From an uncultured Gammaproteobacteria bacterium (lineage in GTDB: Bacteria > Patescibacteriota > Patescibacteriia > Magasanikbacterales > GWA2-37-8): DNA of 43,526 nucleotides. Position 1 is the stretch's first letter, and each line of letters opens with the position of its first letter. Under the pieces are notes generated by a model, which saw only the letters and a list, made by a program, of their open reading frames with translations, ran no database searches and was not told the origin of the DNA. The DNA lies in contig CAYHHR010000004.1 of assembly GCA_964356495.1 (NCBI GenBank), positions 153-43,678 on the forward strand, read 5' to 3'. This document shows, in pieces, positions 29,392 to 38,769 of this stretch. The position numbers were made by a program, and so were the translations under genes.

Positions 29392-30795
29392 ATGCCGAAT
29401 AAATTACGCGCGACTTACCTGCTTTTAATCTATCTCGGAATAAGAGTCTTCTCTTTTTATCTCCAGCCAGCCACTCCGCTGAATCAAAATCCGCATTTTT
29501 TAAATACCTCGATCGCAATCATAATCCTTCTTATCGCCGCGGCCTTGCTCATCAAAAAAAACATCTTCGGCTGGTATATAATTGCCGGAGAGATGATCCT
29601 GGGAGGGTCCGGAAGCTTTCTGCAAATTTTCGGCGTTTCGCTGCGGTCGCTCCTGCTTCTTACCAGCCTAACAATCTATTTCTTGCAAAACATTAAAAGC
29701 ATCCATAAAATTGAAAAAGATAAATTAGTTATTGGCGAAATGTTAATTATCGCCGCGCTTGGTCTTTCGCGCGGCTGGTACTTTTCAAACCCGCGCCCCG
29801 CTGTTATTTCTGACGCTATCCCGTATCTTTTTTTACTTTATTATTTTCCGCTGCGCGATCTGCTAAAAAACGATACGTGGCGAAAATTCTGCTATTCCGC
29901 ATTACAGGTCGCTATTTTGGGCGGAGCCATATTTATCCTTTTCACCTATATCGGCCTTGCCAGCGGCAATTTCCAGCTCCAGGACGCGTTCTATCACTGG
30001 TTTCGGGATATTGCGAACGGGAAGATCACTTTAATTGAATTTAATTTCTACCGCATCGCGCTCAACGAACAATTACTGCTTGTCCCGATTCTGCTGTACT
30101 TTATATACAACGCGATCCATAAAAAACAAAAATATTTATTTGTTATTTTGTTGCTTTTCTTGCTCTCTCTCAACCTGACCAGAATTTACCTGATCGCGCT
30201 CGTAATTGGAATGCTGATAGTATTTACCAGAAAAAACTGGAAGCGCTGGTTGCTAATATCGGTCGGCTCGCTGTCGGTATTTTTTATTATTTTCTCCGGA
30301 CTTTTCCTGATTTCGAGCGGAGGAAAAAGTTTCGGCCTGGAAGTCTTCGGCCTCCGAATCCAAAGCATCGTGACTCCAAACCTTGAAAAAAGTTCGCTCA
30401 GCCGCCTGCTCCTATTACCAAAAATATTTAACCAGATTGTCGAACATCCGTTTTTTGGCAGGGGCCTGGGATCCACTGTTTCGGTTTTCAGCCCGGTCGA
30501 AAATAAAATCATCACCACCGCTAGCTACGACTGGGGCTACCTGGAAATTTTGGCTGAGCTAGGTGTCGTTGGCTTAGGTATTTGGATACTTTTTTTATTT
30601 AATATTGGTTTGAAATTAAAATATCTGCTTCGCTGGCAGACTGCCGCGTTTGTCGCGCTTTTGATCATCAACCTAACCTCACCGGCGATATTTCACGTCT
30701 TTGGCATTACCCTGCTCGCGCTACTGCTCGCTATCGGATCGAATGCTTATCCAGAACCGCCTGCCGGGCCGCCTCATACTCCCGAACAGCTTTAG
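29392..30795 (+). CDS. O-antigen ligase/Wzy-like polytopic membrane protein
   Basis: Many TMs; SSLSRL...HPFFGRGLG...YLEILAELGVVG. Confidence 0.78.
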   Translation: MPNKLRATYLLLIYLGIRVFSFYLQPATPLNQNPHFLNTSIAIIILLIAAALLIKKNIFGWYIIAGEMILGGSGSFLQIFGVSLRSLLLLTSLTIYFLQNIKSIHKIEKDKLVIGEMLIIAALGLSRGWYFSNPRPAVISDAIPYLFLLYYFPLRDLLKNDTWRKFCYSALQVAILGGAIFILFTYIGLASGNFQLQDAFYHWFRDIANGKITLIEFNFYRIALNEQLLLVPILLYFIYNAIHKKQKYLFVILLLFLLSLNLTRIYLIALVIGMLIVFTRKNWKRWLLISVGSLSVFFIIFSGLFLISSGGKSFGLEVFGLRIQSIVTPNLEKSSLSRLLLLPKIFNQIVEHPFFGRGLGSTVSVFSPVENKIITTASYDWGYLEILAELGVVGLGIWILFLFNIGLKLKYLLRWQTAAFVALLIINLTSPAIFHVFGITLLALLLAIGSNAYPEPPAGPPHTPEQL

Positions 30796-31444
30796 TCTTC
30801 CACGGTAGCCGATAAAAAAAACTCGGCAACCAATTGCTTATCCCCTTTCGGCCGCGGACGATCTTTCTGAACAAAACTTCAGGAACAAAAATGCCGATTT
30901 GTTTTTTTTCAAGCATTGTAAGCCACAAATCCCAATCTTGAAAACGTTTGATGCTTTTATCAAACGGGACAACGGCGGCTTTCCTAATCAGCGAGGTTGT
31001 ATCGATATAATTATTTTGTTTCAAACTAACGGCATCAAACGACCGGCCTTTCATTTTTTTCCAGCCAAACCGGTACTGCGAATACGCGTAACCGGCTGCC
31101 AAATTTAACTCTAAAGCCGCGAGCATTTTCTCCAGCATTTGCTCCGTCCCGATCGTATCGGCATCCCAAAAAATTACGTAATCACCATTAGCTTCCGACA
31201 GACCGCGATTGCGCGCCGTGGCTGCCCCTTGATTTTCTTGTCGAATAATTTTGATGGACAAATTTTGTATCCAATCATTTTTCTGAATTTTATCAGCCGT
31301 TTCCTTGAAATTATCAGTACTGCCATCATCAACGATAACAACTTCGATCGGCCGATAGGTTTGTTTATAAAGAGAAAACAACGACCGCTCAAGAGAATGA
31401 GCGTGGTTGTAAACCGGAATAATAACACTAATCAACGATCCCAT
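30731..31444 (-). CDS. GT2 glycosyltransferase
   Basis: ISVIIPVYN, VDDGSTD, ARNRG, WDAD, QDWDLW; start moved to ATG 31444. Confidence 0.92.
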   Translation of the reverse strand: MGSLISVIIPVYNHAHSLERSLFSLYKQTYRPIEVVIVDDGSTDNFKETADKIQKNDWIQNLSIKIIRQENQGAATARNRGLSEANGDYVIFWDADTIGTEQMLEKMLAALELNLAAGYAYSQYRFGWKKMKGRSFDAVSLKQNNYIDTTSLIRKAAVVPFDKSIKRFQDWDLWLTMLEKKQIGIFVPEVLFRKIVRGRKGISNWLPSFFYRLPWKTKAVREYEAARQAVLDKHSIR

Positions 31445-31454
31445 CGGAATTTTA

Positions 31455-32570
31455 TTAAATATCAAGTTTGGAAATCTGTGTCTCCCAGCGAAATTCCTTC
31501 TGCACCCGCTCCCTGCCATTACGGCCAAGTTCGGCGGCAAATTTTTCGTTACTAAGCAATGACGCGATTGAATTAACCACCGCCTTACTCTGATAGACAT
31601 CGACCACAATTCCGGTCCGCATATTTTCCACCGCCTCCTCTACCCCGCCGACCCGTCCGGCAATAATTGGAACGCCGCTGGCTGATGCTTCAAGAAAAAC
31701 GCTTCCCCAGCTCTCCTCGGCTTCCTCATCCTGATGGCTAAGAAGCACAAACAGATCGGCGAGCTGATAATATTGCGGGAGTTCATCGTTCGGCAAGGCG
31801 CCAAGAAAACGCACGACATTTTGCAAATAATTCCTCTGCACCAGATCAACAATAGTTTGTTTCTTCGGACCGTCTCCGATGAAAAGCCAGACGATATTTG
31901 GAATCTCGTGGCAAACCTCGCTGAGAAGCCTGATGATGTGCGGGTAACCCTTGCCATCTACCATGCGGCTGACAGTCAACACGACTTTCTTGCCCTGCAA
32001 GGCCAATTTATTTTTTAACGCGATAAGCCGTTCAACGGGAATTTTTTCCAGAAAATGGTCGCTCGGACACGGATAAAAAACCGTCAGCGAACCGGGAATT
32101 TCGATCTTTTGCTTAACTTTATTTTCCAAAAAACGACTATTAACCACCGTTCTTCGCGCGTGACGAATGACAAATGAAAATAGCGTTTTTTTCCAGTTAT
32201 TTTTTGTGCCAACCGCGACATCCGAACCGTGCAAAAAAATTACATACGGTATTTTTTTTATTTTCAGCATCATCCACGCCAGATAGCCGCACGGCAACAC
32301 TTGATGAATATGAATTTCTGAAATCTTCTCCGTCTTCATGATACTTAAAATTTGAAAAAATATCCTGAGCCAATGCGGCCAAAAAGGAAAATACGGATTA
32401 AAGCGATATGTTTTCCACGAATTTTTCTCGTCAAATTCTTTAGCTCCCGGCATTTCCGGAGCATAAAGCACATATTCATCCGATTTGGTGTGAAGAAGAA
32501 AGTTGTGAATATATGAAGAAATCCCGCCAACTTGGGGAGGATACTCGAGCGTCACTATAAGTTTCTTCAT
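31455..32570 (-). CDS. GT4 glycosyltransferase
   Basis: YPPQVGGI, ESWGSVFLEA (Ex7E), GGVEEAV. Confidence 0.9.
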   Translation of the reverse strand: MKKLIVTLEYPPQVGGISSYIHNFLLHTKSDEYVLYAPEMPGAKEFDEKNSWKTYRFNPYFPFWPHWLRIFFQILSIMKTEKISEIHIHQVLPCGYLAWMMLKIKKIPYVIFLHGSDVAVGTKNNWKKTLFSFVIRHARRTVVNSRFLENKVKQKIEIPGSLTVFYPCPSDHFLEKIPVERLIALKNKLALQGKKVVLTVSRMVDGKGYPHIIRLLSEVCHEIPNIVWLFIGDGPKKQTIVDLVQRNYLQNVVRFLGALPNDELPQYYQLADLFVLLSHQDEEAEESWGSVFLEASASGVPIIAGRVGGVEEAVENMRTGIVVDVYQSKAVVNSIASLLSNEKFAAELGRNGRERVQKEFRWETQISKLDI

Positions 32571-34009
32571 ACTATTTTTCTTAGACTAATTCTTTGCAGA
32601 TAATTTTTTAAAAGCGCGCGATCGACCGCGCCGGTTAGCAACAACAACGCCCCATACACCACTACGCCAATCGGAATTGTAAAAATAATACTAAAATTTA
32701 GCGTAAGGAAATATACCAAAACTGCCATAATAACAGCCAAACATAAAATGCGCGCGCCGTTACGCAAAAGTTTTTCACTCGGCAACGCAATAACTCGACG
32801 TACAAACACGAGGCCGAGCAGCCACAAAACGATGTTACTAAAAAGCGCGACATACGCCGCGCCGATAATCCCAAATTTTGGAATTAAAATTAAATTTAGG
32901 ATTATATTTACAACCAAAACAGTCGCGATAAGCCCAGTCTGAATTTTCTGATGGTTAGTAGCATTTAAAAGCGCGCCAGAAATAATGCTTAAGTAGCTGA
33001 AAAATAAACTAACCAACAATATTCTGAAAACCGGCACCGACGGCAGATACTGAATTCCATAAAGACGAACAATTACCGGCCGAGCGATCGCGATGAGGCC
33101 GAGCGAAAGCGGAAAAATAATTATAAATAAATATTTCCAGGCCCGAACAAACAATTCGCCTATTTTACTCGGATCAGTGATAGTGAGACTGCTCATCGCC
33201 GGGTAAACGCTGGCGGAAAGCGCCATCGGAATAAATTGAAACGCAAAAGTCATCTTGTATGGGACGCTCCACCAGCCAAGATCCTGAGGTGTCAGTAGTT
33301 TGGACATAATGAGCGTATCGCTGTACGAATATAATCTTCCCAAAATTCCGGCCAGGGCAAAAGGCACCGCCAATAATATAAACTGCCTAAAAATTTTCGA
33401 ATCTATCCTCGGCGAAATTTTGAAATGATAAACTCGCCTGACAAAAAAAGCGCCATAAAAAACGAGCACGGCGCTCGGAATAGTATACGCGGCGATCAGC
33501 CAAATCAAAGATCCATGCAATAGCAAGGCGGTCGTGCCGATGGCCAATGTCAGGATTTGAGAAATAACGATCGCGACCGATTCGTAAATCAAATTTTTCT
33601 GCGCGCGAAAAATGCTGAAAAAACTCGACTGCAGGTTGTCAAAAAACATCGTCACACCGGAGAGCAATATCAGATTGCGAAGCTCGAGAGGATATTTTAA
33701 TATGACGGTAAAAAAAACTACCAAAAAATATGTGGCGATACCAAACAAAATTTTGGAGGCCAGGACTGTGTTCATATAATCCCCCGCGCGGTCGGTAAAC
33801 TTCGCGGCCTCGCGCGTCAAGATCGGCCCCAGACCAAAATCGGCGACGACTGTAAAAATCGTCGTAAAAGTGATGGCAAAAAAATAACTCCCCGTATTTC
33901 CGACGCCGATGATCCTCGCTACGATCGTAAAATAAACGAAAGAAACAATCTTTTGCAGGATTGAGGCAAGCGTCAGAAATGAAGTATTTTGCGCGACTGA
34001 ATAAGACAT
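32567..34009 (-). CDS. Wzx-type polysaccharide flippase (MOP family)
   Basis: VAQNT start, DFGL..ILTRE, LIPKFGIIGAA, many TMs; ATG 34009 supported by the promoter. Confidence 0.88.
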   Translation of the reverse strand: MSYSVAQNTSFLTLASILQKIVSFVYFTIVARIIGVGNTGSYFFAITFTTIFTVVADFGLGPILTREAAKFTDRAGDYMNTVLASKILFGIATYFLVVFFTVILKYPLELRNLILLSGVTMFFDNLQSSFFSIFRAQKNLIYESVAIVISQILTLAIGTTALLLHGSLIWLIAAYTIPSAVLVFYGAFFVRRVYHFKISPRIDSKIFRQFILLAVPFALAGILGRLYSYSDTLIMSKLLTPQDLGWWSVPYKMTFAFQFIPMALSASVYPAMSSLTITDPSKIGELFVRAWKYLFIIIFPLSLGLIAIARPVIVRLYGIQYLPSVPVFRILLVSLFFSYLSIISGALLNATNHQKIQTGLIATVLVVNIILNLILIPKFGIIGAAYVALFSNIVLWLLGLVFVRRVIALPSEKLLRNGARILCLAVIMAVLVYFLTLNFSIIFTIPIGVVVYGALLLLTGAVDRALLKNYLQRISLRKIV

Positions 34010-34016
34010 AGGATTA

Positions 34017-34045
34017 ATTTTACCTCGCTTAACACGAAAAGACAA
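34017..34045 (-). promoter_or_regulatory. Sigma70-type promoter for the flippase operon, probably leaderless
   Basis: TTGTCT-17 nt-TAAAAT, 7 nt before ATG 34009. Confidence 0.6.
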
Positions 34046-34050
34046 GGCAG

Positions 34051-34113
34051 AAAAAACAGGCGTCACTCCTGCTTCCAAAATTATAGAAGCAAAAGTGATG
34101 AACGCCTGTTTTT
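34051..34113. terminator. Long imperfect hairpin, probable terminator after the peptidase pair
   Basis: AAAAACAGGCGT...GCTTC-loop-GAAGC...ACGCCTGTTTTT. Confidence 0.6.
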
Positions 34114-34127
34114 AGCGCGAGCACCAC

Positions 34128-34817
34128 CTAGAGCCCACGGGGGCGAGATCTTTGGATTATCAGCTTGGATTTTCGAATGAGGTAGCGGCGGCATTGCGGG
34201 CAAAATTTCTCAATAATGGCCCGATCGAGGACGGCTCCAAACAAACCCCTCCGAATCTTTGGAAATGATGTCCCGCCCTGCATGATGCATTCGTTGGCAC
34301 AATGTCTGCCATATTTTCTGCCGGTCACGCTAGCCTTACGAGCGTCTGAAATCAACCCGTACATATGCCCTAGCTCGTGAAGAACCAACATCTTAAAATA
34401 TTTCTCGGAGTAGGTTCGACTCCTGGTGCGAGCAACAGATACGATCACGCCGTGTGTGCCGTGAGCCAAACCATCAATCAATAGTGGATCATCCGAGGAA
34501 AAACGAAGATCACGATTGAGGATGATGATGTACTGCGGCCGCTTGTCGATATGTTCAAATCGACTGTCTAGGTCTTCGGCGACCAGATCATGGAGTCGAT
34601 CACCGTCAATCCTTTTCTTGCGACGTTTACCAATACGAGCCTCTGACAAGTAGGAACGAATATCTCGCCCCGCTTCATCAGTTAGGTCCGACTCAACAAC
34701 CACTACCCGACCCAAGAGACCGCAAAGTTTCAGAAAAACCTTAACGGCGCTCTTTACATACTTCATCTGCTTATCCTTAACTGCCTTTTCTCTGACCACG
34801 TAAATAGGCCGCAACAT
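34128..34817 (-). CDS. Archaemetzincin-like zinc metallopeptidase, paralog 2
   Basis: HELGHMYGL...HCANECIM...FCPQC; ATG 34817 aligns with the paralog start and has GAGG 6 nt upstream. Confidence 0.75.
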   Translation of the reverse strand: MLRPIYVVREKAVKDKQMKYVKSAVKVFLKLCGLLGRVVVVESDLTDEAGRDIRSYLSEARIGKRRKKRIDGDRLHDLVAEDLDSRFEHIDKRPQYIIILNRDLRFSSDDPLLIDGLAHGTHGVIVSVARTRSRTYSEKYFKMLVLHELGHMYGLISDARKASVTGRKYGRHCANECIMQGGTSFPKIRRGLFGAVLDRAIIEKFCPQCRRYLIRKSKLIIQRSRPRGL

Positions 34818-34847
34818 GACCTGCCTCACTTTTCAAAGGGCTGTGTG

Positions 34848-35534
34848 TTAACGATTGGATCTTATTTTCCAGCCTTCAACTGCGAGATGAACAAAACATC
34901 GCAGGCAGAAACTTTTGCAGAGCGCTCGATCAAGCTCGATACCGACGAGACCAAAAGAAGGTTCGGCGGTCTCCCGCATGATGCACTTGTTGGCACAATG
35001 TTTTCCGTGTTCTCCGACGAACACGTCCGCCGTGCGAGTCTCCGGAATCAAACCAAACATGTGTCCTAACTCATGAATGGTTGTATTCTTGATGCGTTCC
35101 TCCGTGTCGTCTGCGAGTCGAGTCTTAGAAAAATAATCCCGGACCGTAATGATCGCGTTGTATGCCTTAGTGCGCAGACCATAGATCTGGAATTGATCAG
35201 TCCTGGAATAGCGAAGATCGCGATCGACGACAATGACGTAATACGGTCGTAGATTTGTGGGACACGACAAATTCCGCTTATCACAATACTGAGAAAACAA
35301 ATCAGCCAGAAGGTCGGAATCAACCATTAAGTTCGGCGGACTACCGAACGATGCTTCTGCCAGACTGTGTTCCAGCTCCATTCTAGCACCAACGATTACG
35401 TCGTCGATACACACAACAGGCACTAGATCAAAGACGCCCAAGAGCTGCAGGAATGCACTGAGAGCGTCCATTACGTACGAGATCTGCTTGTAACTGATTG
35501 CTGCTTCACTAACCACACAAATTGGCCTAATCAC
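34848..35534 (-). CDS. Archaemetzincin-like zinc metallopeptidase, paralog 1
   Basis: HELGHMFGL...HCANKCIM...FCLRC; GTG start with GAGG 6 nt upstream. Confidence 0.75.
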   Translation of the reverse strand: MIRPICVVSEAAISYKQISYVMDALSAFLQLLGVFDLVPVVCIDDVIVGARMELEHSLAEASFGSPPNLMVDSDLLADLFSQYCDKRNLSCPTNLRPYYVIVVDRDLRYSRTDQFQIYGLRTKAYNAIITVRDYFSKTRLADDTEERIKNTTIHELGHMFGLIPETRTADVFVGEHGKHCANKCIMRETAEPSFGLVGIELDRALCKSFCLRCFVHLAVEGWKIRSNR

Positions 35535-35603
35535 GTCCTACCTCGCTTGTTGTTAAAGAAACGCCTTATTGACCTTAACACGATTATCTGAAGCTGGTCA
35601 AAC

Positions 35604-35636
35604 AAAAAAACCCTGTACCACGTCGGGTACAGGGTT
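35604..35636 (-). terminator. Rho-independent terminator after rpsI
   Basis: CCCTGTACC stem followed by T7 on the minus strand. Confidence 0.88.
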
Positions 35637-35647
35637 GAAGTACATTT

Positions 35648-36055
35648 TTAGCGTTTTGACCACTGCGGTGCGCGACGAGCTTTCTTCAAGCCAAACTTCT
35701 TGCGTTCCTTGACGCGAGCGTCACGGCTAAGAAGACCAAGGCTCTTCAAGGTCTTTTTGAAATCTTCGTTCCAGACCACAAGAGCGCGGGCAATTCCATG
35801 CTGAACCGCCACTGACTGGCCTTTCATTCCGCCGCCAACCACCTTGATCGAAAAATCAAGATCCTTTTCCTTACCCAACGCTTTCAATGGCGCGAGAATA
35901 GTCGTTTGCATCGTGAAGTGGGAAAAATACTGTTCCATCGGCTTGCCATTCACGACAATCCTGCCGGTTCCTTTGTCGACGCGAACACGGGCAACCGCTG
36001 ATTTGCGGCGGCCGACGGCGCGATTTTGTTTTTCTTTAACGTTAAGTTTAGTCAT
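35648..36055 (-). CDS. rpsI: 30S ribosomal protein S9
   Basis: GRRKSAVARV, ERKKFGLKKARRAPQWSKR. Confidence 0.98.
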   Translation of the reverse strand: MTKLNVKEKQNRAVGRRKSAVARVRVDKGTGRIVVNGKPMEQYFSHFTMQTTILAPLKALGKEKDLDFSIKVVGGGMKGQSVAVQHGIARALVVWNEDFKKTLKSLGLLSRDARVKERKKFGLKKARRAPQWSKR

Positions 36056-36064
36056 AACTAGAAA

Positions 36065-36418
36065 TTATTTAAAATGAAGCCTCGTCATTCGTCCGGCGCG
36101 CAATTTATTCTTTGGCAACATTTTCATTACCGCGAGACTAAGAATCTCACGCATATCCTTCATCATCATTTTTGCCGGGATTTCCTTCAAACCGCCCGGA
36201 TGCATACTGTGGTGGCGATAAATTTTTTGTTCAATTTTCTTGCCGGTAAAAACCATTTTATCAACATTGGACACTTCTACCTTGTCGCCTTTGTCGATAT
36301 GAAGTTCATAAGTAGGCTTATGCTTACCCATAAGAAGAGTGGCAATTTGAGTGGCAAGCCTTCCGGGAGCCTGGCCGGTCGCGTCGATTTCTTGTTTATG
36401 GTGTTTTGTACGTGTCAT
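36065..36418 (-). CDS. rplM: 50S ribosomal protein L13 (short form)
   Basis: IDATGQAPGRLAT, GKHKPTY, MLPKNKL. Confidence 0.95.
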   Translation of the reverse strand: MTRTKHHKQEIDATGQAPGRLATQIATLLMGKHKPTYELHIDKGDKVEVSNVDKMVFTGKKIEQKIYRHHSMHPGGLKEIPAKMMMKDMREILSLAVMKMLPKNKLRAGRMTRLHFK

Positions 36419-36419
36419 A

Positions 36420-36770
36420 TTAAACTAATTCAATAAGTACTTCCTCGGATCCGTCCCCTACTCGATTCTTCAGAACTGTCGTCCTGGTGTAGCCGCCCTT
36501 GCGTTCCAAATAGCGCGGACCAAGCTTTTCAAGTAATTTATTCACGGCATTTTTGGTGTGGAGACGCTTAAGCAACCAACGGCGGGAATTAAGATCGTCT
36601 GTCTTCGCTCTGGTAATCATCCTCTCAACTAATGAACGCGCCGCCTTGGCTTTCGCCTTGGTGGTCTTCATTTTTTCGTACAAAATTAAACTCTCAGCCA
36701 ATCCGGTCAGGAGCGCGCGGCGTGGTCCGGTCTTGCGGTCAAGTGTAACTTTTCTTTTTTGATGTCGCAT
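36420..36770 (-). CDS. rplQ: 50S ribosomal protein L17
   Basis: MRHQK, TTKAKAK, GGYTR, RVGDG. Confidence 0.97.
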   Translation of the reverse strand: MRHQKRKVTLDRKTGPRRALLTGLAESLILYEKMKTTKAKAKAARSLVERMITRAKTDDLNSRRWLLKRLHTKNAVNKLLEKLGPRYLERKGGYTRTTVLKNRVGDGSEEVLIELV

Positions 36771-36785
36771 ATTTTATTTGTTAAA

Positions 36786-36821
36786 ATCCGCCTCTCCGGC
36801 GGATGCGCCGATGAGGCGCAT
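36786..36821. repeat. Twin short hairpins between rpoA and rplQ
   Basis: ATCCGCC-tctcc-GGCGGAT overlapping ATGCGCC-gatga-GGCGCAT. Confidence 0.7.
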
Positions 36822-37645
36822 TATTCGTCTCCCTTTTTCTTTTTGGTTTTGCGTTTTGGTTTTTCAGCCTTTACTTCCTCTTCAGTTTCAACTTTTTTTG
36901 AAACAACAACTTCCTCGGCTACAGATACAGCTTCCTCACTCTTTGATGCTGCACCCTCAGCTGAACCGTTTGCCACAATCGTAAAGTGGTCCATCAAAAT
37001 TTGGGTGGCCTGCGCGAGCGCTTCGCGTGGAGAAATAGTTCCGTTCGTTTCAATCAACATGTTCAATTTCTCATAGTTCGTGATGTCGCCGACGCGGGTA
37101 TATTCCACATGATAACCTACATCGCGTACCGGGGTGTAAACCGAATCAGTAAGAATGGTGCCGAGATCCTGGTGCTGGCGATCCTTCTCTTCGACCGGGC
37201 GATAACCACGGCCGCGGCCGACGGCAATTTCCATGTCCAAGGTACGGCCTTTGGTAAGATTGCAAATCACTAAATCTTTATTGATAATTTCGACATTGCT
37301 GTTTGGCTCAATGTCTCCAGCGGTAACCGGACCCGGGCCTTTTTTTGAAATATTCAAAACAACCATTTCATCGGTAAAAATTTTAACCGCGAGCTGTTTT
37401 AGGTTAAGCATAATCTCAACAACGTCTTCTTTGACGCCTTCGATCGTGCTGAACTCATGCTGTACTCCTTTGACTTTGAAATATTCAACGGCGGAACCAG
37501 GCAAAGAGGAAAGCAAAACGCGGCGCAGAGCATTACCAAGAGTGGTGCCATAGCCGTGGTAACACGGGGTAATGACTACCGTCGCGGTATGCGGCTGAGC
37601 GCCGGCCTCGAATTCCACCTTGGAGGGTAATAGATAGTTCTCCAT
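36821..37645 (-). CDS. rpoA: RNA polymerase alpha subunit lacking a recognisable alpha-CTD
   Basis: GYGTTLGNALRRVLLSSLPG, HEFSTIEGVKED, ETNGTISP; ends in a charged low-complexity tail at 274 aa. Confidence 0.96.
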   Translation of the reverse strand: MENYLLPSKVEFEAGAQPHTATVVITPCYHGYGTTLGNALRRVLLSSLPGSAVEYFKVKGVQHEFSTIEGVKEDVVEIMLNLKQLAVKIFTDEMVVLNISKKGPGPVTAGDIEPNSNVEIINKDLVICNLTKGRTLDMEIAVGRGRGYRPVEEKDRQHQDLGTILTDSVYTPVRDVGYHVEYTRVGDITNYEKLNMLIETNGTISPREALAQATQILMDHFTIVANGSAEGAASKSEEAVSVAEEVVVSKKVETEEEVKAEKPKRKTKKKKGDE

Positions 37646-37666
37646 AATATATAAAATACGTTAAAA

Positions 37667-38275
37667 TTAACGTGAGTAAAACCCAATGATGGACTTCGCG
37701 TCAAAGTTGGGATTTTCAACCGTCGGATTATTTAAAACTTTTGCTGATAATTTTTTGGAGTCAACAGCCAACCATGATGGCATTTCCTTCGTGTTGATCG
37801 TTTCAGCGATATTTTCAAATAATTTGCTCTTCTTGCTGGTCGCGTGCAATTCAACCGCTTCTCCGACGCGAACCCGATAAGACGGAATATCAAGCGACTT
37901 GCCGTTCACGAGCACATGACCGTGAGTCACAAGCTGGCGGGCGGCGGCGCGAGATGGCGCGAGGCCACTGCGGTAGACCACATTATCAAGACGAGATTCC
38001 AAATAACTTAAGAGGAACTTGCTGGTGTCGCCTGATTTCTTCGATGCTTCAGCAACGTAGTTAGAAAATTGGCGCTCTAGTATTCCGTAAATTCGTTTTA
38101 CTTTTTGTTTTTCACGAAGCTGTTTGCCGAAACCTGACATCTTAACGCGTTTCTGATTTGGTCCGTGTTGACCAGGCGGATAACTGCGTTTCGTAATCGG
38201 GCACTTGGCAGAGTCGCAAAGCTTCTCGCCGTACTTGCGGCATAATTTGTGTTTTGGTCTTATATCTCGAGCCAT
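37667..38275 (-). CDS. rpsD: 30S ribosomal protein S4
   Basis: PPGQHG, QLREKQK, LESRLDNVVYR, ARQLVTHGH. Confidence 0.98.
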   Translation of the reverse strand: MARDIRPKHKLCRKYGEKLCDSAKCPITKRSYPPGQHGPNQKRVKMSGFGKQLREKQKVKRIYGILERQFSNYVAEASKKSGDTSKFLLSYLESRLDNVVYRSGLAPSRAAARQLVTHGHVLVNGKSLDIPSYRVRVGEAVELHATSKKSKLFENIAETINTKEMPSWLAVDSKKLSAKVLNNPTVENPNFDAKSIIGFYSR

Positions 38276-38298
38276 AGTATTAGAAATCCATTAAATTA

Positions 38299-38760
38299 TT
38301 AGACGCGGCGGCGCTTTGGCGGACGGCAACCGTTGTGCGGGATCGGAGTCATGTCGGTAATCTGCAAAACATTGAGACCATTGGTGTGGAGGGCGCGGAT
38401 CGCGCTTTCGCGGCCGCCACCGATGCCTTTGATAAATACGTTAACTTCTTTCACGCCATAATCTGCAACTTTCTCCATCAAATCCTTTACTACCACGCTC
38501 GCGGCATATGGAGTCGCCTTCTTTGGCCCCTTGAAACCGGTGCTTCCTGAGGATGACCAACCAAGAACGGCGCCGTTTGGATCAGTAATGGTAAGGATGG
38601 TATTGTTGTAGGTGGCCTGAATATAGGCGTTACCCTTTGGCACCTGGCGAACAACTCTTTTCTTTTTTGGCTTCACATCAACCGACGGCTTCATTCCGGT
38701 AGCCGAGGCGGAGACCTTAGCGGTCGTTGGAACGGTAGTTTTAATTGGTTGCTCAGTCAT
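38299..38760 (-). CDS. rpsK: 30S ribosomal protein S11
   Basis: ATYNNT, TPYAA, TPIPHNGCRPPKRRRV. Confidence 0.98.
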   Translation of the reverse strand: MTEQPIKTTVPTTAKVSASATGMKPSVDVKPKKKRVVRQVPKGNAYIQATYNNTILTITDPNGAVLGWSSSGSTGFKGPKKATPYAASVVVKDLMEKVADYGVKEVNVFIKGIGGGRESAIRALHTNGLNVLQITDMTPIPHNGCRPPKRRRV

Positions 38761-38769
38761 ATTATAAAA

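Noticed and set aside
38670-38760. N-terminal extension of S11 as another repeat insertion
   Set aside because: Only a weak 5-bp stem and no match to the other repeat families.
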